The notes beneath the pieces are model-generated. The model did no database searches and was not told where the DNA came from. It was given only the letters and a program-made list of their open reading frames with translations. Positions 39,171 to 52,570 of a stretch of 64,000 nucleotides of DNA are shown here, in pieces. Both the position numbers and the translations under genes were made by a program. Within the stretch, counting starts at the first letter, position 1, and each line of letters begins with the position of its first letter. The DNA is taken from positions 9,734,001 to 9,798,000 of the forward strand of contig OX597839.1 of the NCBI GenBank assembly GCA_951406725.2, read 5' to 3'. The DNA is from Octopus vulgaris (lineage: Eukaryota).

Positions 39171-40227
39171 CAGACACACACATATACATACACACACACA
39201 TGCATAATTATACACACGCACATATGCATAAGCATACACACACACACATATATACATACACACACATGTATATATACATACACAAACATATATATACATA
39301 CACACACGCATATATACATACACGCATATATACATACACACACACATATATACATACATACACACACAGATATATATATACATACACACACACACACATA
39401 TATACATACAGATACATATATACATACACACACAGATATATATACATACACACACACACACATATATACATATACACATACGCACACATATACATACACA
39501 CACACGCACACATATACATACACACACATGCACATATATACATACACACACATGCACACATATACATAAACACATATATAAACACATATATATATACACA
39601 TACAGACACATATATATACATACACACATATATACACCCACCCACACACACACACATATATATACAAACCTACATACATACAGTCAGTAATTCCCAGTGT
39701 TGTGAATAACAACATGGGGGATGACTACATGTTCTATATATAGAATGTTTTAATGCAAAATATCCACTGACTTCCCAGGTAACATACAAGTCAATGTAAC
39801 TGATTCTTCACCATAAAACTCTGGCTTTTGGCAAGATCTTTATAAATGCAATCCTTTCTTAGTGCAAGTTAGAGATGTGTATATATGTGTGTATATACGT
39901 GCATGGAGGTGGTGCATGTAGCATAGTGGGTGGTTTCCAGGGCTCAAGCTCATAAGGATGTGGGCTTAGTTCCCAGATCAGGCAATATACATATGTCTAT
40001 GAGTAAGACACATAATTTTTATGCTGTTCCAGTTTACTTGGCTGTAAATGAGGACCAGCCGAGCATTAGCACAGTCTTCTCAATGTCCAGCTGTTACATC
40101 CTCGATATTTTAATGGATCGAGTGAGACTGCTGAGAGAGCGTATATGTCTGCTCATAACTACAGCAATTAGCAAAACCATGGTACAAACTCCAAGGTCAT
40201 ATTCACTAACATGTATACACACACAAA

Positions 40228-40271
<44 letters not shown>

Positions 40272-40536
40272 CATACATACATACATATATACATACATAC
40301 ATACATACATACATATTATACACACACACATGTGTATGTGTGTACATATATATGCAGCTGTATACAAGTATGTACATGTGTGTGTGGATAATATATATAT
40401 ATATATATATATACTTTTTTTAATCCGAGGGGAGGCAATGTGAGCAGCAACTAAAGGAACATTACAAAATCCACAGAAAGATCAAACACATACATATATT
40501 CATATATATCTACAGAACAGATATATATATAGATGG

Positions 40537-40577
<41 letters not shown>

Positions 40578-40641
40578 TAGGGATGGTATTATTAAAATAC
40601 CATCGCAAGTGGTAACCGAATTATCAGCTGTACAGGCAAAT

Positions 40642-40731
40642 TAATAAAATATATACATACAATATTAGATATGTACATATGTAGTACCCTTGTGTATATA
40701 TGTACATATCTAATATTGTATGTATATATTT

Positions 40732-40737
<6 letters not shown>
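40642..40737. repeat. Fold-back hairpin in a (TA)n-flanked insert
   Basis: aataaaatatatacatacaatattagatatgtacatat / atatgtacatatctaatattgtatgtatatattttatt. Confidence 0.85.
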
Positions 40738-40778
<41 letters not shown>

Positions 40779-40844
40779 CACTCCTCAATTTCTACAACTC
40801 ACACCATCTGAAAATGACATTTTTCACAAAAATCATTATCACCC

Positions 40845-42195
40845 TCATTTAATGTCCGTTTTCCATGCTAGCATAGGCGGGACAGTTTGACAGGGGCTGG
40901 CCAGCAGAAGAGCCGCCCAGTTTCCATGTCTCTTTTGGCATGGTATCTATGGCTGGACACCCTTCCTAATCCCAACCATTTTACAGAGTGTACGGGGTGC
41001 TTTTATGCAGCACTGGCACAGGTGCTCCGCCTTTGCCACGGGTTGGCCTGGTATAGCAATCTTCCAGGATTCAGCCCATCTCCCACCCGGGAGATAAAAA
41101 TAAACTAGCACAGGTGTGTTTATATGGCACTAGTACAGGTGCTTTTTAACATGACACCAGCACCCACAGCCCACAAGATTAGGAATACCCAGCTGGAGAG
41201 GAACGCAGGGGATATGCCTGTATGCAAGGACAACCACAATTTTACTTTGCTTGGCGTTCTTCTCAAGCACAACTGACCACCTGGAATCCCAGACCCCTGT
41301 CTTGACCTCTGTGAGTCCCAACATCTGTAAATCCTTTCACACCTATTTCTTTACTACCCACAAGGGGCTAAACACAGAGAAGACAAACAAGGACAGAAAA
41401 ACGAATTAAGTCGATTATATCGACCCCAGTGCGTAACTAGTACTTATTTAATCGACCCCGAAAGGATGAAAGGCAAAGCCGACCTCGGCGGAATTTGAAC
41501 TCAGAATGTAACCGCAGACGAAATGCCGCAAAGCATTTCGCCCGGTGTGCTAACGTATCTACCAGCTCGCCACCATTTCATCCCATTTCTACCTGGGCCT
41601 ACCCCTTCCACCTGTACCCTCCACAATGAGAGAGCAACACCTCTTGATGCAACTGTCTTCTTTCATACACATTATATGACCATACCAGCACAGTCTTCTC
41701 TCTTGCGCAGTACATTTGATGCCCTGTACACCCAGTTTTTCTCTCGAATCACTTACACTCTTCATATGTGTCAATCACTTGTCACATATGCACACTGACA
41801 TTACCCATCCAGTGGAGCATATTGGCGGCAAGCTGGCAGAATCGTTAGCACGCCAGGCGAAATGCTTTGCGGTATTTCGTCTGCCGTTACATTCTGAGTT
41901 CAAATTCCGCCGAGGTTGACTTTGCCTTTCATCCTTCCGGGGTTGATTAAATAAGTACCAGTTACGCACTGGGGTCGATATAATCGACTTAATCCGTTTG
42001 TCTGTCCTTGTTTGTCCCCTCTGTGTTTAGCCCCTTGTGGCTAGTAAAGAAATAGGTTTCATTTCTTTCAAGCCTGCACATACCCTCGGTATTCACAGCC
42101 CATGTCTCACTGCATGTAGCATAGCTGTTCATACACAGGCATCATACAATCTGCCTTTCACTTTGAGGGAGACACCCTTTGTTACTAACAGAGGT
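40845..42195 (-). mobile_element. RTE LINE 3' remnant carrying two oppositely oriented SINE A copies (41342-41573 minus, 41824-42056 plus)
   Basis: REKLGVQGIKCTAQERRLCWYGHIM...GRGRPR lies between the two SINEs. Confidence 0.85.
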
Positions 42196-43168
42196 TAAAC
42201 GTTAAATAATAAATGAAAAGTGCATTAGGATATGACAACAATGTTAACATGAAGAAAATAGAACATAATTTAATGAAATCTCAAATATATGACAGAAATG
42301 TATAAATGACCTTAACCCAGATATATAATATGTAGTTCCTTTCTTCTTTTATATGGTACAAAATCATAAATAAGGACAGTACACACTTGTAATAAAACAG
42401 TGTGTGGTAATTACTATTATTATTATAAAGTCACACCTAATACTTTCTTACAAGCAGTCATGTATAACAGGCAGTAATCGGCTGTCCTTTCACTTGATTC
42501 ATGATTAGTCAGTTAGGCATGGTTGGCTACGAGACATACAGGCATGGTTTTGTAATATCTATTAACAGATACATTACCACTCATCCCTCTCTCTCTCTCT
42601 CTCTCTGCACACACACACACAGAAATCCTGTCCTTTACCTGTTGTTTCTAAGACAGTAATTTAAATACAAATATATCAGTGTATTATCACACTTTGTTCA
42701 ACATTCTACCACTATATTATTGACAGACATAATTAAGACAAATGTTGAAACAAAAGAAATACTTCACGATAAATTCTGTAGAATCTATCATGAGGCTTGC
42801 AACAGAATTTATCTTCAGTAGGCTTTGGCCTTGGTCATTCCTCAAGAATAAATCTATTTGTACATATAGATGAAAACTGTGAAACAGTAGAATCCGGGGA
42901 AACTGGTGATGGTCTGCTTTGGCAAATAGTAAGCACAAGAAGTTTACAGAATGGAATTAATGTATATTCCATGAAAAAGGAAGTGTCTGACATCTTTATT
43001 AGAACACTTCGTCAGAAAGTGAGTAATTATTGTAAACAGTTCATCTCTCTCTGACAAAGGGTTGAACTTAAAATGTTAGACTTCTCTTCTTTGTCACAAC
43101 AATAAACATTTATTCCACTCTGTGAACTTTTTCTAGATGTGTCAAGCAATTCTACAGAGGTTACTAAC

Positions 43169-43255
43169 CTGCCTGCAGTTCCAATAGGAAATCAAAGTAG
43201 GAGATCAGTCCAAAATATAAAGAAATTCTTACCTGCAAAGAGAAAGAAATACACA
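43169..43255 (-). other. Candidate recursive splice site (ratchet point) with 64-nt cryptic exon
   Basis: Minus strand tgtatttctttctctttgCAG|GTAAGa (junction 43233/43232); downstream donor gcag|gttagt at 43169/43168. Confidence 0.55.
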
Positions 43256-43554
43256 TTTAAGATTGCAAGTAAGCTAAATATGAAATGATATTTAGTCAAA
43301 GAAAAAATCTAATACATGATTGCTAGACCTGCAAGAAACAGTGGATAAATTTCCCTCAAACCAAATAGTAAATCTTAAATAATACATTCCAAGATAAGTC
43401 AAAAAACAAAATGAGATGTTCACAGGTGATTCAGAATTGACCTTGGGCTAAACAACAATTAGGCAAACAAAATACAGCTTCTATTATATAATAATTATAA
43501 TATATATGCAACATGTGTGTGTGTGTGTTTGTTTGTATATATATATATATATAG

Positions 43555-43885
43555 TTAATCCCAACATGAAAGCACAAAAAACACAACAAAGCGAGGACGT
43601 GGAACAAATATAGTATTATTGGACGCTCAGGAAAGAAGGAGGGTTTAACGTTTTGAGCGGAGCTCTTCGTCGGAAATATAGGAGAAGGAAAGATCCAGAG
43701 AAGGGAAGACAGAGGAAAAAAAATCGCCAACGGTACACACGCGGTCACATTTTCTCCTACTTTGATTTCCTATTGGAACTGCAGGCAGGTTAGTAACCTC
43801 TGTAGAATTGCTTGACACATCTACAAAAAGTTCACAGAGTGGAATAAATGTTTATTGTTGTGACAAAGAAGGGAAGTCTAACATT

Positions 43886-43890
<5 letters not shown>
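43555..43890 (-). mobile_element. Penelope-like pLTR fragment (43555-43752, hammerhead remnant 43644-43676) joined to an inverted copy of 43068-43204
   Basis: Minus strand ttt-CCGACGA-a-gagc(tcc)gctc-aAAAC-GTT-aaa. 43753-43890 is the reverse complement of 43068-43204. (TA)n on both sides. Confidence 0.7.
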
Positions 43891-43934
<44 letters not shown>

Positions 43935-43985
43935 TATATACATATAATCCATGGTAACACAGAAAATGGACGTATGATGATGATG

Positions 43986-44472
43986 ATATATGAAGAAAAA
44001 AGTCAAGGTAGAAAATGCTAAAATAATTTTATAAACAACATTTCAGTACCGGTATCAGTCATTGAGATTTTTTCAACTGTAAGTATGGAAAACAATTAAA
44101 TTTTGGAAAAGTTAAAAGAAAAGTTTTTTTAAAAGAATATAGTGTTCAAATAATGTTCAAATACAAGAGGCATTTTCCTTGTTTCTGCCTGTCTCTGTCT
44201 CTCTTGTGGGTTCAAGGTTGTTGTGACAATGGCCTCAAACCCACAAGAATAAACAAGAGAGACAGAGACAGGTAGAAACAAGGAAAATGCTCCTTGTATT
44301 TGAATACAATGCAAATATTCTTTTAAAAAACTTTTCTTTTAATTCTTCCAAAATTTAATTGTTTTCCATACTTACAGTTGAAAAAGTCTCAATGACTGAG
44401 ACCGGTACTGAAATGTTGTTTATAAAATTATTTTAGCATTTTCTACCTTGCCTTTTTTTTTTCCATATATAT
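43986..44472. repeat. About 490-bp palindrome with degenerate hammerhead-like motif in each arm
   Basis: The arms are reverse complements over more than 200 bp. Right arm 44375-44410 reads cag-TTGAAAA-agtc(tcaat)gact-GAGAC-cg-GTA-ctg; the left arm gives GATAC at the same position. Confidence 0.8.
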
Positions 44473-44520
44473 CAACTCATGTGTTCCTTTCCAACCTTCT
44501 ACATATACGTACATACATAC

Positions 44521-44724
44521 ATATATAGTCACCATGATAGATCATTAGCCATTACACACATTTTTTTCTCTCCTTGTTTTTTCTGTGTCCCTTTCTGTAG
44601 AAGAGCATAGGCTCGAAATGTAAAAGACTTTTTCTATTCCTGAGCGTTATGCTAATACATCTGTTTGTTTTGTACACCACCTGTCTTCGTCTTTTGTTTT
44701 TTCCGTAAACTCTTCCTATATATG
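44521..44724 (+). mobile_element. Penelope-like pLTR fragment with hammerhead variant (44591-44626)
   Basis: cttt-CTGTAGA-a-gagc(atag)gctc-GAAAT-GTA-aaag. Confidence 0.6.
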
Positions 44725-46187
44725 TGACACATAAAAAGCACCATCCGATCGTGGCCGTTTGCCAGACTCGTCCGGCACCTGTGCCGGTGCACATAAAAAG
44801 CACCCACTACACTCATGGAGTGGTTGGCGTTAGGAAGGGCATCCAGCTGTAGAAACACTGCCAGATCAGACTGGGCCTGGTGCAGCCTTCTGGCTTCCCA
44901 GACCCCAGTTGAACCGTCCAACCCATGCTAACATGGAAAGCAGACGCTAAACGATGATGATGATGATACATACATACATATACATACACACACACATACA
45001 TACAAACATATATATTTCTTAATGACAACAAATATAGGCCATACAAGATTTTTATCTATCAAAAAGTACCATTTAAATCTGTTTTTAGTTCTTTAAAGTA
45101 ACAAGCAGTTGCTGCTTGCTCTAGAAGCATCAGTCAGACAGCTTGCACAGTGATGCAGATGGAAGAACCAACCAACAGAAACACATCTGCAAGAAACGGG
45201 GTAAAGTATTCTTAATATGTCAGTCAACGCATTGAAGGGTGTGTTGAGACCTTTTACAAACTAAACTAGTACTGACCTCTCCCTTGTGACACAGAAACTT
45301 AGTTACTGGTTAAAGAGGAGTATATCATCACACCCACAGACAAAGACACCCTCCACCGACCCAACATACTCCCTTGCTTCTTTGCTTACTCACTCAGAAA
45401 AACACTTACACTGACCCAGAATGTTTTCTACTTGACCTATCCCCCCACCCGTATAATTCCCATCACCACAATTACCAACCCTTTAATACTTTCACTGCCA
45501 CTACCAACCTCACATTCACCTCCACTACCACTATTACCACCACCAATACCATACAATCACCACCATCACCGTTGCCTTGACTACCACAACTAGCTATCAC
45601 ATTAGCCTTGCTGTCTCACAAGTGATCCTCTACCAAGGTCCATGTAAGATCTTTTGGGGGCCCATGCAATAAAATAGTAAACTAGGAATCCATAATAATA
45701 TTTTCAGGGCCCATGAAAAAATTTTGCTTTAGATGTATGTATTGGCATATACTTGCAAGGAACAGCTAAGTTTCTTTCTCTAACATTTTATAAAGTTCAA
45801 CCTACACAAGTTAATATGTCATAAACAGAATAGGAATTTTGAAAAAAGTATCTATAAAACTAGTTTTGTATGTGTGTATATATATGTGGGTAAATGGATA
45901 CACATATGGACAGGTAAATATACAGATAGATAGGTAAATAGGTAATATGGACAGATGGGTACAAACACATACATACATACATACAAATGAAGACTGAAAC
46001 ATGACCATATATACACACACACACACTTCACAGAAGGATACATATGGAGACACACATCCATACTTAACAGACACACATACATGGCCACACAAACCCATAC
46101 ATAGATAGTCAAACATGCACACACAAGGAGACAAAGGTACAAACACATATACACACACACACAAACACATAGATATGCAGAATACAC

Positions 46188-46240
<53 letters not shown>

Positions 46241-47544
46241 AACATATATATGCATACACACACATACATGCATACAAACATGCGGAGTACATACATACAA
46301 ACACACACACATGCATACATATGTATATGCATACCATATATATGCATACACACACATACATATGTGTATGTGCATGTACACTGATGCACATGCATACAAA
46401 AAAAAGAACGCAATTCTGATAATAGACAGAGTCAATGACTCTTGAAAAGGTTGCAAGTCGCAATGAAAATTTTAGTAAAAATAAATACGTAGATGAGTGG
46501 AAATCGGTGAGTGTGTTAAATTAATAAAGCACTAAAAGAGAACAACTCTCCCCAGACACACTAAAATAAAACTAATTGTTAATCAGCAAATGACTATAGG
46601 GGGCCATCAGAATGAAATAGTAATTAAAGGAGGTCCATAGATAAAAAAAAAATGGTTGAGAACCCTTCTACACTACAGCCCAACCTGCTAGAAATACCTG
46701 GAAAAATCAGACCCTACCATCTTTGATAAGAAAAGAACACATTGGATAATGTCCTACATACATTAAAAAGACAGAATGGTCAGGGTAGGAATGTCTGATC
46801 ATAGGACAGCTTGATCAGGGTTGGCCCGTGGTTAATGAACAATGACCACCCCTATCATCTTCACAACCACTACCACCACCTCAGGAAGTTATGCAATCAC
46901 CCAGTCTACTAAAAATAGCAGCCAAACTTCCCTCAACTAAATAGAGAAGTTTACAATGGATAATATAAACCCTGATATACAAAACGGTCAACATTGGCAT
47001 GGGCTGGAATACCCTTTGGTCAAAGATCCACTCAATCAGGATCAACCTGGGGCTAGACAACAATATGAACACTATGATCACCACAACACCCACCACTACC
47101 ATAATCCCTTCACCACCATCTACTCCCTGCCTAGCAGGCGCCAAGCCAGTGTCTCTATTAAATTATTCCAGCAGCTGCTAAGGAGGGGTACATTATTTTG
47201 CTGCAGTGGCCCAGAGTAGGGTGGTGTGGTAATGGTGTAGTAATGTGGTGCAGTAGCAGAGAGATAGTGTGGTATGGTGAAGTGGAGGTATAATGGCAGT
47301 ATAGTAATTTGGGAGGACGGTGTAAGCAGAGTGTAGCTGCATGGTGTGATTTGAGAGAGATTTAGGTGCTACTTCTAGCAGGTCAAGCTACTGTATAGAG
47401 TAGACACAGGTAACCTTTTTCTATAAGCAGGCCACATGAGACATTGCTCACCATCAAGCAGGGCACATTACTAAAGAAATTCAAAGTAATTTTTCTTTAG
47501 TTGTGCCATTCACAGAGTCACAGTTTACCTATGACTAGTATACA

Positions 47545-47912
47545 AGCTTCCACTTGTAAGAGAGAATTGTATAGTAGTGCAGAGACCACCTTCGGTCACG
47601 AGTGACCATGGGATTGCACCTAGAAAATTACCCTCTGAGGCACAACTCCAGGCAAGGTTATGAAAGACCAACAATCGCCCATGCATACCTGCCTCCCCTC
47701 TCCATGCCACTGATGTCATCCAAGGGAAAGGCAAAGGGGCCGATACAGCTTGGCACCTGTGACATCGCAACTCATTTCTACAGCTGAGTAAACTGGAGCA
47801 ATGTGAAATAGAGTGTCTTGCTCAAGAACACAACACGCAACCCAGTCCGGAATTCAAAATCACAACCCCATGGTCGTAAGTTTGACGCTCTAACCACTGA
47901 GCCATGCGGCCT
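47545..47912 (-). mobile_element. tRNA-derived SINE with CORE-like body
   Basis: Minus strand gcatggctcagtggttagagcgtc...gaattccggactggg...ttcttgagcaagacact; related to 34329-34566. Confidence 0.7.
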
Positions 47913-48036
47913 TCAGTATAGTATACTGTATAGTAGTACTGTCTGCATATTTATATTATAATAGGTCAGATCTTATTATTCCAATGTGTTTGACACCAGA
48001 AATTAAGAAGCCAAAACAGATACATATAGTGATTAA

Positions 48037-48257
48037 CCCTTTAGTGTTCACATTATTCTACCAAAATTAATGCTTCTTTATCCACATTGTTTTGAACTAA
48101 TCATGTATTATTTTGTAGCTATGAGATTTTGATGAGGTAGCTGTTAGTTTTTAAAACGATATTGTAGGGTTGGTGTGAGAGACCAGATCTGGCCTGTTTG
48201 AACATAAAACAGGCAGAATACTTTTGGCCGGATATGGCTGGTTTAAATGCTAAAGGG
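48037..48257. mobile_element. piggyBac-type MITE
   Basis: TTAA|CCCTTTAG...CTAAAGGG|TTAA. Relatives at about 53908-54380 and 60275-61133. Confidence 0.8.
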
Positions 48258-48698
48258 TTAAGGAAAAAAATACATATATACAAATACATATACATATGAT
48301 GGCTGATCAATAAGTATCCAGACTGTTGCCATAGTAACGAAGCTAAAACATGGGTGCACTTGACTTGATGGGTCTTCTTAAGCAGAGCACATCGCTAAAG
48401 GTCTTGGGCACTAGTCATTGCCTCTGTGAGGTTCAGAGTTCGAAGGTAATGCTTCACTGCCTCATCCCAGGTCTTCCTGGGTCTACGTCTACCACAGGTC
48501 CCCTCTACGGCTTTACTCTACATGCTTTACCTTCGTTACTATGGCAACAGTCCTTCTGGCATACATATCTTTTACTTTTACATATATATATTATTTATAT
48601 CTAAATCTTATCTATATTTGTAAATCACATGTTCCATGTCAGATACTGGAGTGATATTTGATCATTTGATCACATATCTCTCTCTCTCTCTCTCTCCC

Positions 48699-48750
<52 letters not shown>

Positions 48751-48864
48751 CATATATATACATATACATATGTATATATACATATATATACATATACATA
48801 TATATACATATAAATATATATATATATACATATATATACATATACATATATATACATATACATA

Positions 48865-49250
48865 TCTCTCTCTATATAAACGGCAGTTTGTCTGTGCGTT
48901 TTCTGTGTGTCTGTTTTCTCGTACCCTCACTCTGACCACGGCTTTCAACCGATTCTGATGAAAATTGACACACACATAGCCCAATGTCATAATTCAAAAC
49001 TAACGCAGCGAAAATTTTGAAAAGTTCCCCCAGTTCTGAAAAAAATCGATAAATTCGACATGGGGTCGAAAATCAGAAACCCAAACCACAGACCGTCTAG
49101 GGGACGCAACTCCACCTTTTTTAACTCTCAAAAAAAAATTTACCATAATTTTTTTCCCATTTTTTTGCTATTTTTTTGGCTACAACTCTCTAAAAATGCT
49201 TTATAGTTATTTCCCTTACAAACCTGAGCAACGCCGGGCGATACTGCTAG
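48865..49250 (+). mobile_element. Non-autonomous Helitron inserted in (TA)n
   Basis: 5' TC start; 3' cctgagcaacgccgggcgatactgCTAG|t. Confidence 0.8.
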
Positions 49251-49475
49251 TATATATATATAAATACATATATATACATATACATACATGTACATATATA
49301 TACATATACATATATATACATATACATATATATACATATACATATATATATATATATACATATATATACATATACATACATATATATACATATACATATA
49401 TATACATATATATACATATACATACATATATATACATATACATACATATATATACATATACATATATATATATAT

Positions 49476-49554
<79 letters not shown>

Positions 49555-49561
49555 CATATAT

Positions 49562-49627
<66 letters not shown>

Positions 49628-49661
49628 GTCTGGAGCCTCACAGCTCAATAAATTTTTTACA

Positions 49662-50075
49662 CGCAGGTGTGGCTGTGTGGTAAGAAGCTTGTTTCTCAAC
49701 CACATGGTTCTGGGTTCAGTCCCACTCTGGTGCACCTTGGGCGAGTGTCTTCTATTTTAATCTCAGGCCGACCAAAGCCTTGTGAGTGGATTTGGTAAGA
49801 CTGAAAGAATCCTGTTGTACATATATATATATGTATATATATTTTTGTGTGTGTGTGTGTGTGTATCTGTCTGTCTGTCTCCCCGCCATCGCTTTGACAA
49901 CCGATGTTGGTGTGTTTATGTCCCCATAATGATTCAGCAAAAGAGACTGACAGAATAAGTACTAGGCTTACAAAGAATAAGTCCTGGGGTCGATTTGTTT
50001 GATTAAAGGTGGTGCCCCAGCATGGCCCCAGTCAAATGACCGAAACAAGTAAAAGAGTAAAAGAATATACATACA

Positions 50076-50169
<94 letters not shown>

Positions 50170-50586
50170 CATATATACACATAATTACATGTTTATATAT
50201 ATATGTATGTATGTATCTTTGGATGATGATGATGATGACGACAGGAGAAGATAAATTTTCAAAAAACAAAGGCACAAATTTAACTACAAAAATATTTCAT
50301 TTAAATACCAGAAATAGATACTGAAGTAATTAAACAAATAATATTCAAAATTACTTATTAAAGGACAATATATGGCTTGAACACAATAGCAACACAATTT
50401 ATATTATACCATTATATGAACATGAAGAAGAAAAAAATTACATTTTATTCAATGACTTGGAACAATGAAATGAAAATAAAAGCGTTAAATCAGTCATTTA
50501 ATGAAGTTTCTTTGGAAATATATATAAGTGTATAGTCAAAATTTACAGAAAACAAAAATACACATAACTCTCTATCTCTCTCTCTC

Positions 50587-50670
<84 letters not shown>

Positions 50671-50975
50671 GGAGGCGCAATGGCCCAGTGGTTAGGGCAG
50701 TGGACTCGCGGTCGTAGGATCGCGGTTTCGATTCCCAGACCGGGCGTTGTGAGTGTTTATTGAGCGAAAACACCTAAAGCTCCACGAGGCTCTGGCAGGG
50801 GATAGTGGCGATCCCTGCTGTACTCTTTCGCCACAACTTTCTCTCACTCTTTCTTCTGTCGGCCTGCTTGCTTAGCCAGCGGGGTGGCGTCATTTGAAGG
50901 CTAAAACAATGCGAAGTGCATTGTGACCAGCGATGTGTAGCAGCATATGATAGCCTGGTTGTTCACGTGACGTGA
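49662..50975 (+). mobile_element. SINE family B (49662-50062) and SINE family C (50671-50975)
   Basis: Full-length copies with tRNA-like heads. Confidence 0.8.
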
Positions 50976-50989
50976 CATGACATATATAT

Positions 50990-51612
50990 ATATTGATAGA
51001 AATGGTAAGACAACAAAAGAATGAAAGAGGCCTCGATATAATGTAAATAGGGGAATTTATCTGTAAATATAATATGTGACAATTATTCAGTAGCCAGGAT
51101 AAAACTCCGAGTTTCAGATGTCAGGGCGGAAACTCATGCCGCCATCTGTCCAGTAAGAGAGTAAAAATGTTCATAGTATTCGTGTAAGCATGCATGTCCA
51201 TACATACACATGCGTGCCTGTACACCCACATGTGTATGTATGGACATGCGTGCTTACGCGAATACATATATATATATATATATACACACATATATGTATA
51301 TACATACACACATGTAGTCAATACATAGAGTGCTTATATTTTATTTCAAGTTGAAGCCTCTTGAAACATTACGCGAATACAATGAACATTTTTACTCCCT
51401 TACCTTTACTCCCTCCCCTAATTTAGCGGTCATTCTAATAGCTCTTTTGTCTTAATAACGGTCAATCACACAGTAATTTCCCTTTGCTTAAAGGTCATTT
51501 TCATAGCATTTTTTTTCGATGGCCTGATAACTGAAGAGATAATGGCATGGGTTTCCGCCACGACATCCGAAACTTGGAGTTTAATCATGGCTACCGAATA
51601 ATTGTCACATAT
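50990..51612. mobile_element. Penelope-like inverted pLTR pair with hammerhead motif (51525-51587)
   Basis: tgataa-CTGAAGA-gat...atc-cGAAAC-ttgga-GTT-taatca, with an inverted partial copy at about 51070-51147. Same family as 28555-28776. Confidence 0.7.
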
Positions 51613-52364
51613 TATATATATATATATATATGTGTGTATGTATGTATGTATATATACATGTGTATATATATATATACATATATATCTATATATATATATA
51701 TATATACACACATACATACATACACACATATATGTATATACATACACACATGTAGTCAATACATAGAGTGCTTATATTTTATTTCAAGTTGAAGCCTCTT
51801 GAAACATAACTTAGTTTCATATTCCATTTGGTTCAAATTAAATCCTTTGCATAGGTTATCAAGTTATGAGCTACAAAGTTATTCAGAAGTTTAAACTTTA
51901 CACACACAGACACACACAACCACAAACACACATGTTGATTGCCATTGCTTATCAGAAGAGTGCCTCTCTTCACTGGACATTGCACAATCATGTACATGCA
52001 GGTGGCTCTTCAGCCCAGATTTTGTTCTGCAGGAACATTCACAGATATGACACTTGTTTCTCTTTCCAGTACAAGTGTACCACAGAGTGTGTTACAGTAG
52101 AACTATTTCACAAGCAGCTTGATTCCTACCTGGCTCATGTGACTTCAGGTTGCAGAAAAAAACTCAGCTCTTGAGAAGATAAATTGTTCACATATATTGC
52201 ACCTGTAAATTTGAACTATATACATTCCTGCTGGGTTTCTTCAGGTATTGTACTTAAGATAAGGTCTACTATCAAAGAGATAAGTATAAGAAAATCTCGT
52301 GGTTTGGATAGAACACCAGTTGTGCTGATTTGCTTTGAAGGAGATAATGTTGCTATATACTTTT

Positions 52365-52570
52365 CTACGCGAGGCACAAGGCCCGAAATTTTTGGGAAGG
52401 GTGCCAGTCGATTAGATCAACCCCAGTACACAACTGGTACTTAATTTATCAACCCCCGAAGGGAAGAAAGGCAAAGTCAACCTTGGTGGAATTTGAACTC
52501 AGAACCTAAAGACAAACGAAATACCACTAAGCATTTCGCCCGGTGTGCTAACGTTTCTGCCAGCTCGTCA
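52365..52570 (-). mobile_element. SINE A variant with 16-bp TSD inside an old RTE fragment
   Basis: ataatgttgctatata at 52344-52359 and 52571-52586. Confidence 0.8.

Noticed and set aside
50671-50740. tRNA gene
   Set aside because: A/B-box-like head of a dispersed SINE; no complete cloverleaf or Pol III terminator.
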